Assembly (NCBI GenBank): GCA_017523615.1
Contig: JAFWWK010000007.1
Location: 5,582-69,581 of the forward strand
From: Clostridia bacterium
GTDB taxonomy: Bacteria > Bacillota > Clostridia > Christensenellales > Aristaeellaceae
Direction of reading: 5' to 3'
DNA length: 64,000 nucleotides
Made by a program: the position numbers and the translations under genes
Notes under the pieces: model-generated
Databases searched by the model: none
Seen by the model: only the letters and a program-made list of their open reading frames with translations
Told to the model about the DNA's origin: nothing
Part shown: positions 8,667 through 18,859 of the stretch, piece after piece
Layout: the number at the start of each line of letters is the position of its first letter
Numbering within the stretch: position 1 is the first letter of the stretch

Positions 8667-9770
8667 TCACTGGTCCGCTTTTTTCAGAAGGTCGTTCCAC
8701 TCCCCTACGATGGAGCGGTCAACAAAATAGTCGATCCTCATGGCCTTCCTGACGCGGGCAAGGGTCGCGTTGGTTGTCTCCACGGCCTTCGCCGTTCCTT
8801 CGCGGATAATATCGTATACCGCGTCGATATCCGCTTCCCATTTGGCACGCTCCGCGCGTATGGGAGACAAGGTCTCTTCGAGCACATTGATCAGGAATTT
8901 TTTGCAGGTCCCGTCTCCCAGGCCGCCCCGACGGTAATGGGCTTTCATTTCCTCCAGGTTCTGATACTCCGGCAGGAATTCGGCAAAATGCGCGTCGGTG
9001 CACAGGGCTTCAAGATAAGTGAATACCACATTGCCTTCGGTATGGCCGGGGTCGCTGATCTGCAGGTGCTGCGGATCGGTGAACATCCGGCCGTTTACCT
9101 GTTTCTTTACTGTTTTCGGGCTGTCGGAAAGATAAATGCAGTTGCCCAGGGATTTGCTCATCTTGGCCTTGCCGTCCACCCCGGGCAGCCGGCGCTGGGT
9201 TTCGTTTTCCGGGATCATGGCGTTGGGCAGCACCAAAGTTTCGCCGTAGATCTTGTTGAACTTTTCAACGATCTCCCTGGCCTGCTCGATCATGGGAAGC
9301 TGATCCTCCCCAACAGGGACCACGTTGGCGTCAAATGCCGTAATGTCCGCCGCCTGTGATACGGGATAGATAAAGAACCCGGCGGGCAGGCCTTCATCAG
9401 CGAAGCCGCGCATCTGGATCTCCGCCTTGACAGTGGGATTGCGGGAAAGACGGGCTGTGGTCACCATATTCAGATAATAGAAAGTCAGGGCATGCAGCGC
9501 CGGAAGAGCCGACTGCACGCAGATAGTGGTCTTAGACGGGTCGATCCCCACAGAAAGATAATCCAGCACCACGTTCACGATATTGTCCCTGATCTTCCCG
9601 GGATTGTCGGCGTTGTCCGTCAGCGCCTGGTCGTCGGCGATCAGGATATTGATCTCATCGAATTTTCCGGAATTCTGCAGTTCCACCCGGCGCTTGAGCG
9701 AACCGACATAATGCCCCAGGTGAAGCCGCCCGGTGGGCCTGTCTCCGGTGAGAATGATATTTTTGCCCAT
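8667..9770 (-). CDS. trpS: tryptophan--tRNA ligase
   Basis: Start at MGKNIILTGDRPTG (RBS GGAGGAG). HIGH-type HLGHYVG, GEDQ, and KMSKS motifs are present. Length about 367 aa. Confidence 0.95.
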   Translation of the reverse strand: MGKNIILTGDRPTGRLHLGHYVGSLKRRVELQNSGKFDEINILIADDQALTDNADNPGKIRDNIVNVVLDYLSVGIDPSKTTICVQSALPALHALTFYYLNMVTTARLSRNPTVKAEIQMRGFADEGLPAGFFIYPVSQAADITAFDANVVPVGEDQLPMIEQAREIVEKFNKIYGETLVLPNAMIPENETQRRLPGVDGKAKMSKSLGNCIYLSDSPKTVKKQVNGRMFTDPQHLQISDPGHTEGNVVFTYLEALCTDAHFAEFLPEYQNLEEMKAHYRRGGLGDGTCKKFLINVLEETLSPIRAERAKWEADIDAVYDIIREGTAKAVETTNATLARVRKAMRIDYFVDRSIVGEWNDLLKKADQ

Positions 9771-9922
9771 AAAAACTCCTCCCACTGAATCTTTTGTCTT
9801 CTCCATATGATTATATTCATTTTTGAATCGCCGTCAACCTGCGCCGCGTTTTCAGCTATATGACATTTCCGTTTTTCTGTTTTTCTGCCCGCGTATCCGC
9901 AGTTTCGGAAGGTGTTTGGTTT

Positions 9923-11521
9923 TCAGCGCTCAAACCGGCTCAGGAAGCGCCAGGCCGCCTCACAGGTATGCTCGCGGCATTCATGTCCCTGACCGCTGAC
10001 GCTTGCAAAAGCGGTGCGGACAACGCCGTCCCGGCTTTTGAAATACTGAACGGTAAGGGTGCTGTTTCTCGACGGATCATACACACGTTCCGTCCGGTCC
10101 CCGTCGACGCCCCATATGGGATTCTCCCAACGTTCGCTGTCCTCAAACCGAACATCACATATTTTTTCCGCCTGATTGACTTCCAGCACGTACTTCATTC
10201 TTTCCAGGCATTTTTCCGCCTGGAAGGGCAGCTCCGGCAGCGGCGTTTCCTCTCCCCCGGCATAGAACAGCGGTACGGGTACCGAACGGTTTATATCCGA
10301 CGGCGCGGGCTTGCCATAGACGTTCAGGCCCACCTCGAAGGTCGCGTCCATCGGCGCAAGACCGGCGAAAACCTCCGGATATTCCTGGTACAGGTCCCAT
10401 GATTTGCACCCGCCCATGGAGAACCCCGTAGCATAGATCCTGGCGCTGTCGATGGGATATCTCTTTTCCAGTTCCCTGATCAGTTCGATCGTTTCCGTCG
10501 CCGTCGAGTTCAGGTGGTTTTCCACCGCGACCAGCAGGAAGCCGTGCCGCATCGCGATCCGCCACCATCCTGAAACATGGGCGATATGATAAGCCGAATC
10601 ACCGCCTCCATGAAAGGCCAGGACCAGCGGCACGGGCCCGTTTTCCATCAGGCCCTTTTTGTACCACGCAATATAGCCGATCCGGTGGGTCTCTTTTCCC
10701 GCGTCGTCGCCCCTGTTATCCGGGGAGGTACGGACCAACGCAGCTGCCGTCTCTTCCGTCATGCCGTACTCGTCCATATCCGGCTCTTCCTCCAGCTTAC
10801 CGCACCAGCGTTTGTACCGTCCCAGAAATTCCAGGTGATCCCTCTCAAAGTTATTCGGACTGCCGATACGGAAATGATCGCAGCGTGCGGAAAGCGCGGC
10901 ATTGATCTTTTCCGTATTGCTCACCGAAATAACCGGGATATCCCGGCGCTCGAGTACGGGGACTGCGGACAGCCTCTCAAGCGTCACCCCCAGGGGCGTG
11001 ATCTCTCCCGGGCCCCACAGGTACTGACCTTGGATCGTCTTCAGGAGGCACCGGGCGATATAATCGGCGGAGCTGCCGCACCCGTACAGGCAGGTGCGGA
11101 AAATCGCTCCACGGATATAACAGTCGCCCCAGCTGCCGGTAAAACGTTCGCGGCTCATGACGATGCCGTCACGATAGTACTGATGAATTCGGGACTCAGC
11201 CACAAGATCGATAAACAACCGTTCATTGACGGCGTCCCATCCTCCCGCAGCATTCGGATATACAAACACTACGCTTGTGGAAAAGCGCTTTGCCAGCGAC
11301 ATCAGTCCCCGTTCCCGCGCATACCGCAGCGCATCCTCCGGGGATCCCTCTTTTTCTTCCAGCACGATCAGGTAAGGCGCCTTAAAGCCAAAGTTGATAT
11401 CATCCGCCAGGGGGGCCGGATCGGGCACAAGCGTCTTTATACGGAATCTCTCAAAAACGTGCGTCCATGTCTTTACCCCTTCGTCCAGAAGACTGACCTT
11501 TGGCATCAACTTCATCCCCAT
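9923..11521 (-). CDS. alpha/beta-hydrolase esterase (PHB-depolymerase / CE1-like) with about 270-aa N-terminal domain of unknown function
   Basis: 532 aa with RBS AGGAGG. The C-terminal half has LAFHGGGDS and the nucleophile elbow GFSMGG. No signal peptide. Confidence 0.7.
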   Translation of the reverse strand: MGMKLMPKVSLLDEGVKTWTHVFERFRIKTLVPDPAPLADDINFGFKAPYLIVLEEKEGSPEDALRYARERGLMSLAKRFSTSVVFVYPNAAGGWDAVNERLFIDLVAESRIHQYYRDGIVMSRERFTGSWGDCYIRGAIFRTCLYGCGSSADYIARCLLKTIQGQYLWGPGEITPLGVTLERLSAVPVLERRDIPVISVSNTEKINAALSARCDHFRIGSPNNFERDHLEFLGRYKRWCGKLEEEPDMDEYGMTEETAAALVRTSPDNRGDDAGKETHRIGYIAWYKKGLMENGPVPLVLAFHGGGDSAYHIAHVSGWWRIAMRHGFLLVAVENHLNSTATETIELIRELEKRYPIDSARIYATGFSMGGCKSWDLYQEYPEVFAGLAPMDATFEVGLNVYGKPAPSDINRSVPVPLFYAGGEETPLPELPFQAEKCLERMKYVLEVNQAEKICDVRFEDSERWENPIWGVDGDRTERVYDPSRNSTLTVQYFKSRDGVVRTAFASVSGQGHECREHTCEAAWRFLSRFER

Positions 11522-11679
11522 GGTGTACCCTCCTTCGACATACCGGTATTTTGCGGACAGCCGCTGTTTTTTTATTCCGTTACGGGATCAGGACAATCCA
11601 TCCGTGCTGCCGGCATGATGCTGCGATTTATATGGACACGTGCACGCCTCAGTTTTCCGACAAATAAAGGAGATCTTTC

Positions 11680-12258
11680 TTATGGCAGTTTGACATATAC
11701 TTCAAATTCGCCATAATCCCAGCCGCGCAGCATAAAAAACACGCCGGTTGATTTGTTCGTTGCCTCCAGGCGGCCTTTATTGACATAGACGTTTTTCCAA
11801 GACGCTTTCAAATTATTTAACGCCCATTCACCGATCCAGCCGCGCTGGAGAATCGCATACGTGTCGTCAGGTGAAAGCATGGCCGTTCCGTCTGGAAAAT
11901 TTATGTCATCAAATAAGCCCAGATCATACAGCGTATACGCAAAGGCATAATAGACGCTGATCCCCTCGCTCCATGTAAAGCCGTTGTTTCCTTCGCGGGG
12001 CACTGTCTGCAGATCGTCGAACCAGCCGCGGAACACGATTTCTGTGATTTCACCGTTATTCGTATTTATGTACATTTCATAATCGTGGTAATTTACAACC
12101 CCCTCGACGCGGTAGATGTCCGTTTTTTTCCATGTACCCGGCAGGTTTTTCGACAAGAACAGGTCGATCACGGCATTGGGCCTGACAGCCGAGGCGGATC
12201 GAAAGACGCCGAACACGGCCATCACCATCACGGTCAGAATTACGGGAACGCGTTTCAT
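11680..12258 (-). CDS. secreted hypothetical protein
   Basis: 192 aa with the signal-peptide-like N-terminus MKRVPVILTVMVMAVFGVFRSASA. Trp/Tyr-rich mature part. No family recognised. Confidence 0.55.
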   Translation of the reverse strand: MKRVPVILTVMVMAVFGVFRSASAVRPNAVIDLFLSKNLPGTWKKTDIYRVEGVVNYHDYEMYINTNNGEITEIVFRGWFDDLQTVPREGNNGFTWSEGISVYYAFAYTLYDLGLFDDINFPDGTAMLSPDDTYAILQRGWIGEWALNNLKASWKNVYVNKGRLEATNKSTGVFFMLRGWDYGEFEVYVKLP

Positions 12259-12508
12259 ATCCTTTTTCCCTCTTTTTTTTCGGTACCGGACAGCATTCTA
12301 CGTTTCTTTATGCTGAATCATCATCTTCTTCCCTGTCCTGCAATGGTCAGCTATGTAGCCTGACATCTTTGCCGGACGGGAGATCTTTTCGTGTCTTTAA
12401 GCAATGACCTGTTGGTATTTTTATGCCTGGCGAACACCGGGCCTCCAAGGATCAGGCCACAGAGCATAGCCAAAAAGCCTTATTTCCGTTACTTATGACG
12501 TCGTGGCG

Positions 12509-13858
12509 TTATGAGTCCTTGCGTGTCATCGATACCACTGTCTCGACGTGAGCCGTATAACAAAACATATCCACGCTCTGTGTTTTTTCGCCCATATAGC
12601 CCAGCTCCGCAAAGATGCGGATGTCCCTTGCCTGGGTGGCGGGATCGCATGCGACGTAAACGATTTTTTTCGCACCGGTTTTTGCGACGGCCTCAAGCAC
12701 GCTCCTCTCGCATCCCTTCCTCGGCGGATCCAGGACGACGCAGTCGGCTTTGAAGCCCTCCGACGCCATCCGCGGCAGGATCGCTTCGGCCTTCCCGGCG
12801 ACAAAGGACGCGTTTGTAATGCCGTTGTTCGCTGCGTTGCGTTTCGCGTCCTCCACAGCGGGGGCGACCTCCTCGATACCCAGCACTTTTTTCGCCCTGC
12901 GGGCAAGCATCAGGGATATGGTCCCCGCCCCGCAGTAAAGATCGCATACAGACTCGGTGCCCTTAAGGTCCGCGAATTCAAGCGCGGTGGAATACAGTTT
13001 TTCAGTCTGTACCGGGTTCACCTGGAAAAACGAGACTGGCGAAACGCGGAAGCTCAGTCCGCACAGTTCGTCGTCCAGTATCCCATCTCCGAACAGGACA
13101 TGGGTCTCCGATCCCAGGATCACATTATCCCGCCTGCGGTTGACGTTCAGGCAGACCGTCGCAAGACCGGGGACCTCTTCCCGCAGGATCCCGGTCAGCC
13201 TGTCCGGGTTTCTGACGCTGCCGGTCACCACGGGGACCGCCATCACGTCGCCTTTTCGGCTGACCCGGATCATGATATGCCTCAGAAGACCGGTGCCGTC
13301 CGTCTCGTTATAGGGCTGGATACCTTCCTCCCGGATCCATCTTTTCATCGCGGGGATCACCTTTTCGCCCTGCCGCATCACCATGGGACAGGTATCGACG
13401 GGAATGATCTGGTGGCTTCTCGTACGGTAATAGCCGATCAGCGGGTCTTGGGGTGTCCCCCCCACAGGCAAAGAGATCTTGTTCCGGCAGTGCCAGGGGT
13501 CATCCATGCCGATAACCTTGGGAACCGGAAGGTCCATCCCGCCAAGACGCTTTTGTACGTCGCGCACATGTTCCCTTTTCATCTCTAGTCCCAGCTCGTA
13601 GGACATGTGCTGCAGCTGACAGCCGCCGCATTTTTCATACGCCGGACAGACAGGCTCCCTCCGCTCACAGGATGTTTTCAGGATCTCCATTGTTTTTGCG
13701 AAAGCGAAACTTCGCTCCGCTTTTTCGACCCTGAAACGGACCCGTTCCCCAGGCAGGGCTCCGCGGACAAACACCGCCATCCCATCCACATGTGTAAGGC
13801 CGTGCTCCCCCGCCAGTTTTTCGATGTCCGCTTCAAGGATCTCATTTTTCCGAATCAT
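12509..13858 (-). CDS. rlmD: 23S rRNA (uracil-C5)-methyltransferase RlmD/RumA family
   Basis: Has a TRAM-like N-terminus, the Fe-S motif CPAYEKCGGCQLQH, the SAM motif DLYCGAGT, and a C-terminal catalytic Cys (YVACDP). The start is either the ATG at 13858 (RBS AGGATGG) or 13879. Confidence 0.9.
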   Translation of the reverse strand: MIRKNEILEADIEKLAGEHGLTHVDGMAVFVRGALPGERVRFRVEKAERSFAFAKTMEILKTSCERREPVCPAYEKCGGCQLQHMSYELGLEMKREHVRDVQKRLGGMDLPVPKVIGMDDPWHCRNKISLPVGGTPQDPLIGYYRTRSHQIIPVDTCPMVMRQGEKVIPAMKRWIREEGIQPYNETDGTGLLRHIMIRVSRKGDVMAVPVVTGSVRNPDRLTGILREEVPGLATVCLNVNRRRDNVILGSETHVLFGDGILDDELCGLSFRVSPVSFFQVNPVQTEKLYSTALEFADLKGTESVCDLYCGAGTISLMLARRAKKVLGIEEVAPAVEDAKRNAANNGITNASFVAGKAEAILPRMASEGFKADCVVLDPPRKGCERSVLEAVAKTGAKKIVYVACDPATQARDIRIFAELGYMGEKTQSVDMFCYTAHVETVVSMTRKDS

Positions 13859-13939
13859 TTTTCCATCCTGTCCATGCACAATGGTCTATAAATCAGACTT
13901 TCGTCTGTTTTGCGGGTAAGTGATATTCGGGAAAGACCG

Positions 13940-15154
13940 TTACAGTATCCTCCGCACTTCCATGTAATAGCGTTTTTCAAAAGCTTCACCCATGCTGAAG
14001 GTCTTCCTTGGGAGTGCGCCGTCTTTTTCCACCGCCGGGAACAGAAGCGCCTTGTCCATGGCCGGCAACAGGATGCCGACGTTTCCTCTCCCGGCAAGGG
14101 CGCGCACCGTATCCTCGCCGTGAACGTAGTCGATATCCCTGACCGCGCGGCTGTCCAGGCATTTCTGGACCGTGCCTACAGGCAGAGCGTGAAGAGGCTT
14201 ACAGAATTTCAGTTTCAGGTCCTTCTCGGCGGACACCAGGACGCAGTCCGTCATCCCGTCGGTCTCTTCCGGACGAGCGGGAGAGAGGATACCCAGCACC
14301 TCGCCCATGCTTTTCCCGAAAACGACCCGGTGGATCGGCTCGAACACCAGCGCTTCATCATAAATATTGATCAGTTCCACCGACGCGAACCTGGCGGGAT
14401 GGGCACGCAATGCCTCTTCGCTCAATCCCCTCTTGATCTCCTCCCAGGACGCCTTGGCTGTCGCCAAGGAGTGATTCCCGTCCCCGGCCGCGAAAACGAT
14501 CCCATCCTTCGCCGTCCGCTCCGCAAGAGCGTCAAGGGAGCGGAACACCGCCTCGCAGGCGTCTCCTTCCACTGCCCAACCCCTAAGACGGCCGCCACCC
14601 TCCATCAGGTCCAGATCATACAGCGGACGAAGTTCGGACCTGCCCGCGTACACCGGTTCGATCACGGAACGGGCCGGATCGTCGCACAATAGCAGGATGT
14701 GGCTTGCCTCAAGCACCGCGCCGCGGCGGACCGCCAGGCGGGGAGGAAGCCGTTCCACCACGGTTCCTTCCGTTGGACGTATCGGCGATTTCGACCCGGG
14801 CGAATAATCGTATGCCTCCAGATCGACGGCCATCACAAGGCCTATTCTGCAGCCGGCAGTGCACTGCCTTTCAGTCAGGACCAGTCCCCCGCGGACCCCG
14901 GGAACAAGGACGCCGTCACGAAGGTACTGTTTCATCGCCTCGTGGATCCTCGGTACCCTCTGCGCCGCTTCACCCAGATACACCTCAGGCAGGATCAGGC
15001 GCAGGGTCGAAGGGTTTTCCCCGACAAAGCGTTCCATCCCCTGCCATTTTTCAGGCTGAGAGGTGTACTGATCACAGGCTATGACCGGCCACTTGTCCGT
15101 GTTGTATTTATCCGCAGGAAGATAAAGATCCGCACCCGCAAAGATCCTTTTCAT
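13940..15154 (-). CDS. DUF1015 domain-containing protein
   Basis: Start at MKRIFAGADLYLP (RBS GGGAGGG). The sequence VIACDQYTSQPEKW...STLRLILPE resembles the DUF1015 N-terminal signature. Confidence 0.8.
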   Translation of the reverse strand: MKRIFAGADLYLPADKYNTDKWPVIACDQYTSQPEKWQGMERFVGENPSTLRLILPEVYLGEAAQRVPRIHEAMKQYLRDGVLVPGVRGGLVLTERQCTAGCRIGLVMAVDLEAYDYSPGSKSPIRPTEGTVVERLPPRLAVRRGAVLEASHILLLCDDPARSVIEPVYAGRSELRPLYDLDLMEGGGRLRGWAVEGDACEAVFRSLDALAERTAKDGIVFAAGDGNHSLATAKASWEEIKRGLSEEALRAHPARFASVELINIYDEALVFEPIHRVVFGKSMGEVLGILSPARPEETDGMTDCVLVSAEKDLKLKFCKPLHALPVGTVQKCLDSRAVRDIDYVHGEDTVRALAGRGNVGILLPAMDKALLFPAVEKDGALPRKTFSMGEAFEKRYYMEVRRIL

Positions 15155-15281
15155 TCGCTTTCCCTCCCGTTTTTGCTGGATCCGGATAATATGATACAAA
15201 AAAGCAGCCCCTTTGGCAAGCCGCAAAATGCGTTCCTTTCACACCGCGTCAGTCCCGTCCGCCGGCACGAAAGAAACAATG

Positions 15282-15311
15282 TTGGCAAATGAAGACGGAA
15301 TATGGTATAAT
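15282..15311 (+). promoter_or_regulatory. sigmaA-type promoter with extended -10
   Basis: TTGGCA (15282-15287), 18 nt, TATAAT (15306-15311), preceded by TGg. Confidence 0.55.
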
Positions 15312-15361
15312 GGTTTGTCCCATGAAATTTTCCGCGCCTCCGGGCGCTTGACGAGGTATCC

Positions 15362-16489
15362 TTGAGTAAGTTGACCAAGCAGAAACGCGGTCAGATCTTC
15401 AACGCTCTGCTGATCGTCGGAACGATCGTCGTCGTACTGTATATCGGCGCCGCCAACGGCAACATCTCAGACGCGTGGAATGCCATGCTGACCGCCAAAC
15501 CCGTATGGGTCACCGGCGCTTTTCTTTCCTGGTGCGCCTGTGCGTTTTTTGAAACACTGGTGCTCCACTCTTTCCTGAAAATGCAGAAAGTCCCGGTCCG
15601 TTTCGGGACTTCCCTGCTCGTTACGCTGTTGGGGATCTTTTACAGCAACGTGACCCCTGGCGCCTCCGGCGGACAGCCGATGCAGGTTTACGCATACAAA
15701 AAGCGCGGTGTCTCCCCTGGCCTTACTTCGTCAGGTATGGCCGTAAAATTCTTTTGCTATCAGCTGGGACTGCTGATCCCGGCTGCGATCATGTGGTTCT
15801 GCAACCGCACATTTGTCGCCGACCACATGACGGATTCCCGTTGGTTCGTATATTTCGGATTTATCGTCAACGGGCTGGGTGTCGTAGCCGTCGTTCTCCT
15901 CTCCATCAGCAAGAACCTGGTCCGCGGCATCCTGACCCTGACGGTCAAGTTCCTGGCACGCCTTCATATCGTCAAGGACGAAGCCCGTACGGTTTCCCAT
16001 ATGGACGCTGCGCTCAACGATTTCAACGCCAGCGTGGACATGATGGTCCACCATCCATTCAAGCTGCTGTTGCTGGTCATTCTGTCCGCAGGCCAGATGC
16101 ACGCCCTGGTGGCCATCCTGTATTTCGTGGCCCGGGCGGTCGGGATCGAAGGCTACGGCTACGGACAGCTGGTCACCCTGGCCTACCTTCTGTTTATCGG
16201 CGCATCCTTTGCTCCGCTGCCCGGCGGCTCCGGAGCCCAGGAAGGCGGTTTTTATCTGTTTTACCAGAATATCTTCCCTGCCGACAAGCTGCTGGGCGGC
16301 CTGTTGCTCTGGCGCTTTCTCAACTATTATCTCCCCATCATCCTGACCCTGGTCTTCGGCGTTATCCTTGATTCCGCCAGAACTATGCGGGGAAAGATCC
16401 GCCCCATCGTCTGCGGAACAGTCCCCATAACCGAAGGCCCGTCCCCCGGGGAGGAAACGGAGGCAGCAAGCGATGCTTCGTCCGATTAG
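15362..16489 (+). CDS. UPF0104 / lysylphosphatidylglycerol-synthase TM-region (flippase-like) membrane protein
   Basis: 375 aa with a TTG start. Polytopic, with YSNVTPGASGGQPMQVYAYKKRGV typical of the UPF0104 family. Confidence 0.8.
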   Translation: MSKLTKQKRGQIFNALLIVGTIVVVLYIGAANGNISDAWNAMLTAKPVWVTGAFLSWCACAFFETLVLHSFLKMQKVPVRFGTSLLVTLLGIFYSNVTPGASGGQPMQVYAYKKRGVSPGLTSSGMAVKFFCYQLGLLIPAAIMWFCNRTFVADHMTDSRWFVYFGFIVNGLGVVAVVLLSISKNLVRGILTLTVKFLARLHIVKDEARTVSHMDAALNDFNASVDMMVHHPFKLLLLVILSAGQMHALVAILYFVARAVGIEGYGYGQLVTLAYLLFIGASFAPLPGGSGAQEGGFYLFYQNIFPADKLLGGLLLWRFLNYYLPIILTLVFGVILDSARTMRGKIRPIVCGTVPITEGPSPGEETEAASDASSD

Positions 16490-17399
16490 TTCCCGCCGTA
16501 TGGCTTACCTTTGCATTATTGTCTTTGTTTTCTGCGCGCTTATCATTCCCGTATCCTCCCATGGGGAAAGCGCGGAAGAAGATGTGCCCGAGGAATATAT
16601 TTATCCCGATATCTTTCTGGAGCTTCGTCCCGGCTCCGTTTACTCCCCCGGGATCGACGGCGTCGTTTACTGGACGAGCGATGCCCCTGAAACAGCCGTC
16701 GGCGCAGGCAATGATATTCTTGCCGTCAACGAGGGTTTTGCCATGCTCACGGCAGTCCTTGCGGACGGCAGCGAAACATATTTTGACGTGGCGGTTTCGG
16801 AAAACGCCGTTCCTCCCCTGATCCGCAGCGCCATTGACCTGGCGCTGAAGGAATGGGAGGACAATCTCGGAAAAACTTTTACGCAGCGCAACAAATACAC
16901 CGCGTGGTACTGCGGCACAGGTCCCAAATGTTATTTCGGTTGGTGCGGGGGATTTGTCAGCTATTGCCTGGATACCGTCGGCGTGCCCATGGAAGATCCG
17001 CCCGATTCCGTTCCCCATGACAGCGGCGAACCTTACGCCGTCCACGCCGCAGGCGTAGGAAAGATCCTGAAGGGATTCACCAATATGGACCGGGTCACCA
17101 ACATTCCCCGTCCCGGATACCTTGTGATCTACGGAAAACGCGATTATTACAATTACGTGCACGTTGGCATGATCACCGATGTGGAAGACCTGGGCAACGG
17201 GCTTTACCTTGTTAATACCGTGGAGGGGAACCTTTCCAGCCGGATCAAGCGCTACTGCTACCTGTACGATTCCAACGATACCACCGAACACAATTACAGG
17301 GCGCCGGACGAAGAATACCAGACCGATCCGGATACGTTCCAGTATGGTGTCCACCAGAAGCAGTGGTTCATCTACGCCATCTGCCAGACCTGGTTCTGA
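16473..17399 (+). CDS. secreted CHAP-domain peptidoglycan amidase/peptidase
   Basis: 308 aa with a signal peptide (AYLCIIVFVFCALIIPVSSHG). Catalytic Cys context GWCGGFVSYC, His context YVHVGMITDV, then NTVEGN. Overlaps the preceding gene by 17 nt. Confidence 0.75.
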   Translation: MLRPISSRRMAYLCIIVFVFCALIIPVSSHGESAEEDVPEEYIYPDIFLELRPGSVYSPGIDGVVYWTSDAPETAVGAGNDILAVNEGFAMLTAVLADGSETYFDVAVSENAVPPLIRSAIDLALKEWEDNLGKTFTQRNKYTAWYCGTGPKCYFGWCGGFVSYCLDTVGVPMEDPPDSVPHDSGEPYAVHAAGVGKILKGFTNMDRVTNIPRPGYLVIYGKRDYYNYVHVGMITDVEDLGNGLYLVNTVEGNLSSRIKRYCYLYDSNDTTEHNYRAPDEEYQTDPDTFQYGVHQKQWFIYAICQTWF

Positions 17400-17429
17400 T
17401 ACGATAGATCTGATACAGCATCATATCCC

Positions 17430-18800
17430 TTGCGCGGGCGGCCGTTCCGTTTGCGCAGAAAGAAGCGATATCATTTGAACAGGGACCTGACCGTCGGAAA
17501 GCCGGCTTCCGTTTTGCGGCGTTTTTGCCTGCCGCTTTTTGGCAGCGTGATCTTTCAGCAGCTTTACAACATCGCCGACAGCCTGGTGGCAGGCAAGTTT
17601 ATCGGGGAAAACGCCTTGGCCGCGGTGGGCAACAGCTATGAAGTCACGCTTATTTTTATTGCATTTGCCTTTGGCTGCAATATGGGCTGTTCTGTGGTGG
17701 TATCCCGCCTGTTCGGCGCAAAAGACTACAGTCAGGTAAAGACGGCTGTCTCCACCGCATTGGTGATGACGGGCGGTGTCTGCCTGACGCTGATGACGGG
17801 CGGTCTTCTTCTGGGCAAAGCCCTTCTGAGCAAGCTTCGCACGCCGCTGGAATTGTTGGCGGATTCCGCTCTTTACCTGAATATCTATGTTCTGGGGCTG
17901 CCGTTTCTGTTTTTTTACAATGTGGCCACCGGGATCTTTTCCGCCCTGGGCGATTCCAGGACGCCGTTTTTGTTTCTTGCCCTGTCCTCCTCGGCAAACA
18001 TCCTGATCGACATCCTGTTCGTAAGGTTTTTCAGCATGGGTGTTGCCGGCGTAGCGTGGGCTACCTTTCTCTGCCAGGGCGTCAGCTGCGTGCTGGCTGT
18101 TTTTACAGTTTTCCGGCGCATGCGCTCCCTGCCGGATGACAAAAAAAATACGCGGCTGTTTTCCGGTCCGCTGTTTCGCCAAATCATCGTTATTGCCATC
18201 CCAAGCACCCTGCAGCAAAGCTTTGTTTCTGTGGGCAACCTGATCATCCAGGGGGTGATCAACGGATTTGGCTCCGGCGTCATGGCGGGGTATTCCGCCG
18301 CAGTCAAAATGAACAACCTGGTGATCACATCCTTCACCACCCTTGCCAACGGTATTTCCAACTATACGGCGCAGAATATCGGCGCCGGCAGACAGGAGCG
18401 GGTACGGGAAGGATTAAAAGCCGGTCTGAAAATGGTGTGGATGCTGTGTGTTCCCTTCTTCGCGCTCTATTTCTTTATGGGCGCGACTTTTGTCCGCTTC
18501 TTTATGGACGATCCGACGGACATGGCCCTGAATACCGGCGTTGTCTTTCTGCGCATCCTGTCACCCTTCTATTTTGTGGTGGCTGCCAAACTGGCGGCAG
18601 ACGGTGTGCTTCGCGGGGCGGGATTGATGCGTCCTTTCATGACCGCCACTTTTACCGATCTGATCCTGCGGGTGGCGCTGGCCGCCCTTCTTTCCCGCAC
18701 ATCACTGGGCGCCACAGGGATATGGTGCGCCTGGCCCATAGGCTGGACTGTCGCGACAGGCTTGTCCCTTCTGTTTTACAGAAAAGCTTTTCCTAAATAA
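17430..18800 (+). CDS. MATE family efflux transporter
   Basis: 12-TM protein. N-terminal LRRFCLPLFGSVIFQQLYNIADSLVAGKFIGENALAAVG is typical of MATE. The true start may be the TTG at 17475. Confidence 0.85.
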   Translation: MRGRPFRLRRKKRYHLNRDLTVGKPASVLRRFCLPLFGSVIFQQLYNIADSLVAGKFIGENALAAVGNSYEVTLIFIAFAFGCNMGCSVVVSRLFGAKDYSQVKTAVSTALVMTGGVCLTLMTGGLLLGKALLSKLRTPLELLADSALYLNIYVLGLPFLFFYNVATGIFSALGDSRTPFLFLALSSSANILIDILFVRFFSMGVAGVAWATFLCQGVSCVLAVFTVFRRMRSLPDDKKNTRLFSGPLFRQIIVIAIPSTLQQSFVSVGNLIIQGVINGFGSGVMAGYSAAVKMNNLVITSFTTLANGISNYTAQNIGAGRQERVREGLKAGLKMVWMLCVPFFALYFFMGATFVRFFMDDPTDMALNTGVVFLRILSPFYFVVAAKLAADGVLRGAGLMRPFMTATFTDLILRVALAALLSRTSLGATGIWCAWPIGWTVATGLSLLFYRKAFPK

Positions 18801-18808
18801 TCCTATCC

Positions 18809-18834
18809 GGGGCGCTGCTAAATTGCAGCGCCCC
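18809..18834. terminator. GC-rich hairpin between convergent genes
   Basis: GGGGCGCTGC-taaatt-GCAGCGCCCC, a perfect 10-bp stem between the MATE stop (18800) and the stop of the minus-strand gene (18860). The flanking T-run is weak. Confidence 0.55.
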
Positions 18835-18859
18835 CATTATATCTTTCATTTTGCAGGGA

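Noticed and set aside
9771-9922. Expected T-box leader upstream of trpS.
   Set aside because: Only about 150 nt are available. I could not find the conserved T-box sequence (its reverse complement on this strand), a specifier-loop arrangement, or a terminator/antiterminator pair.
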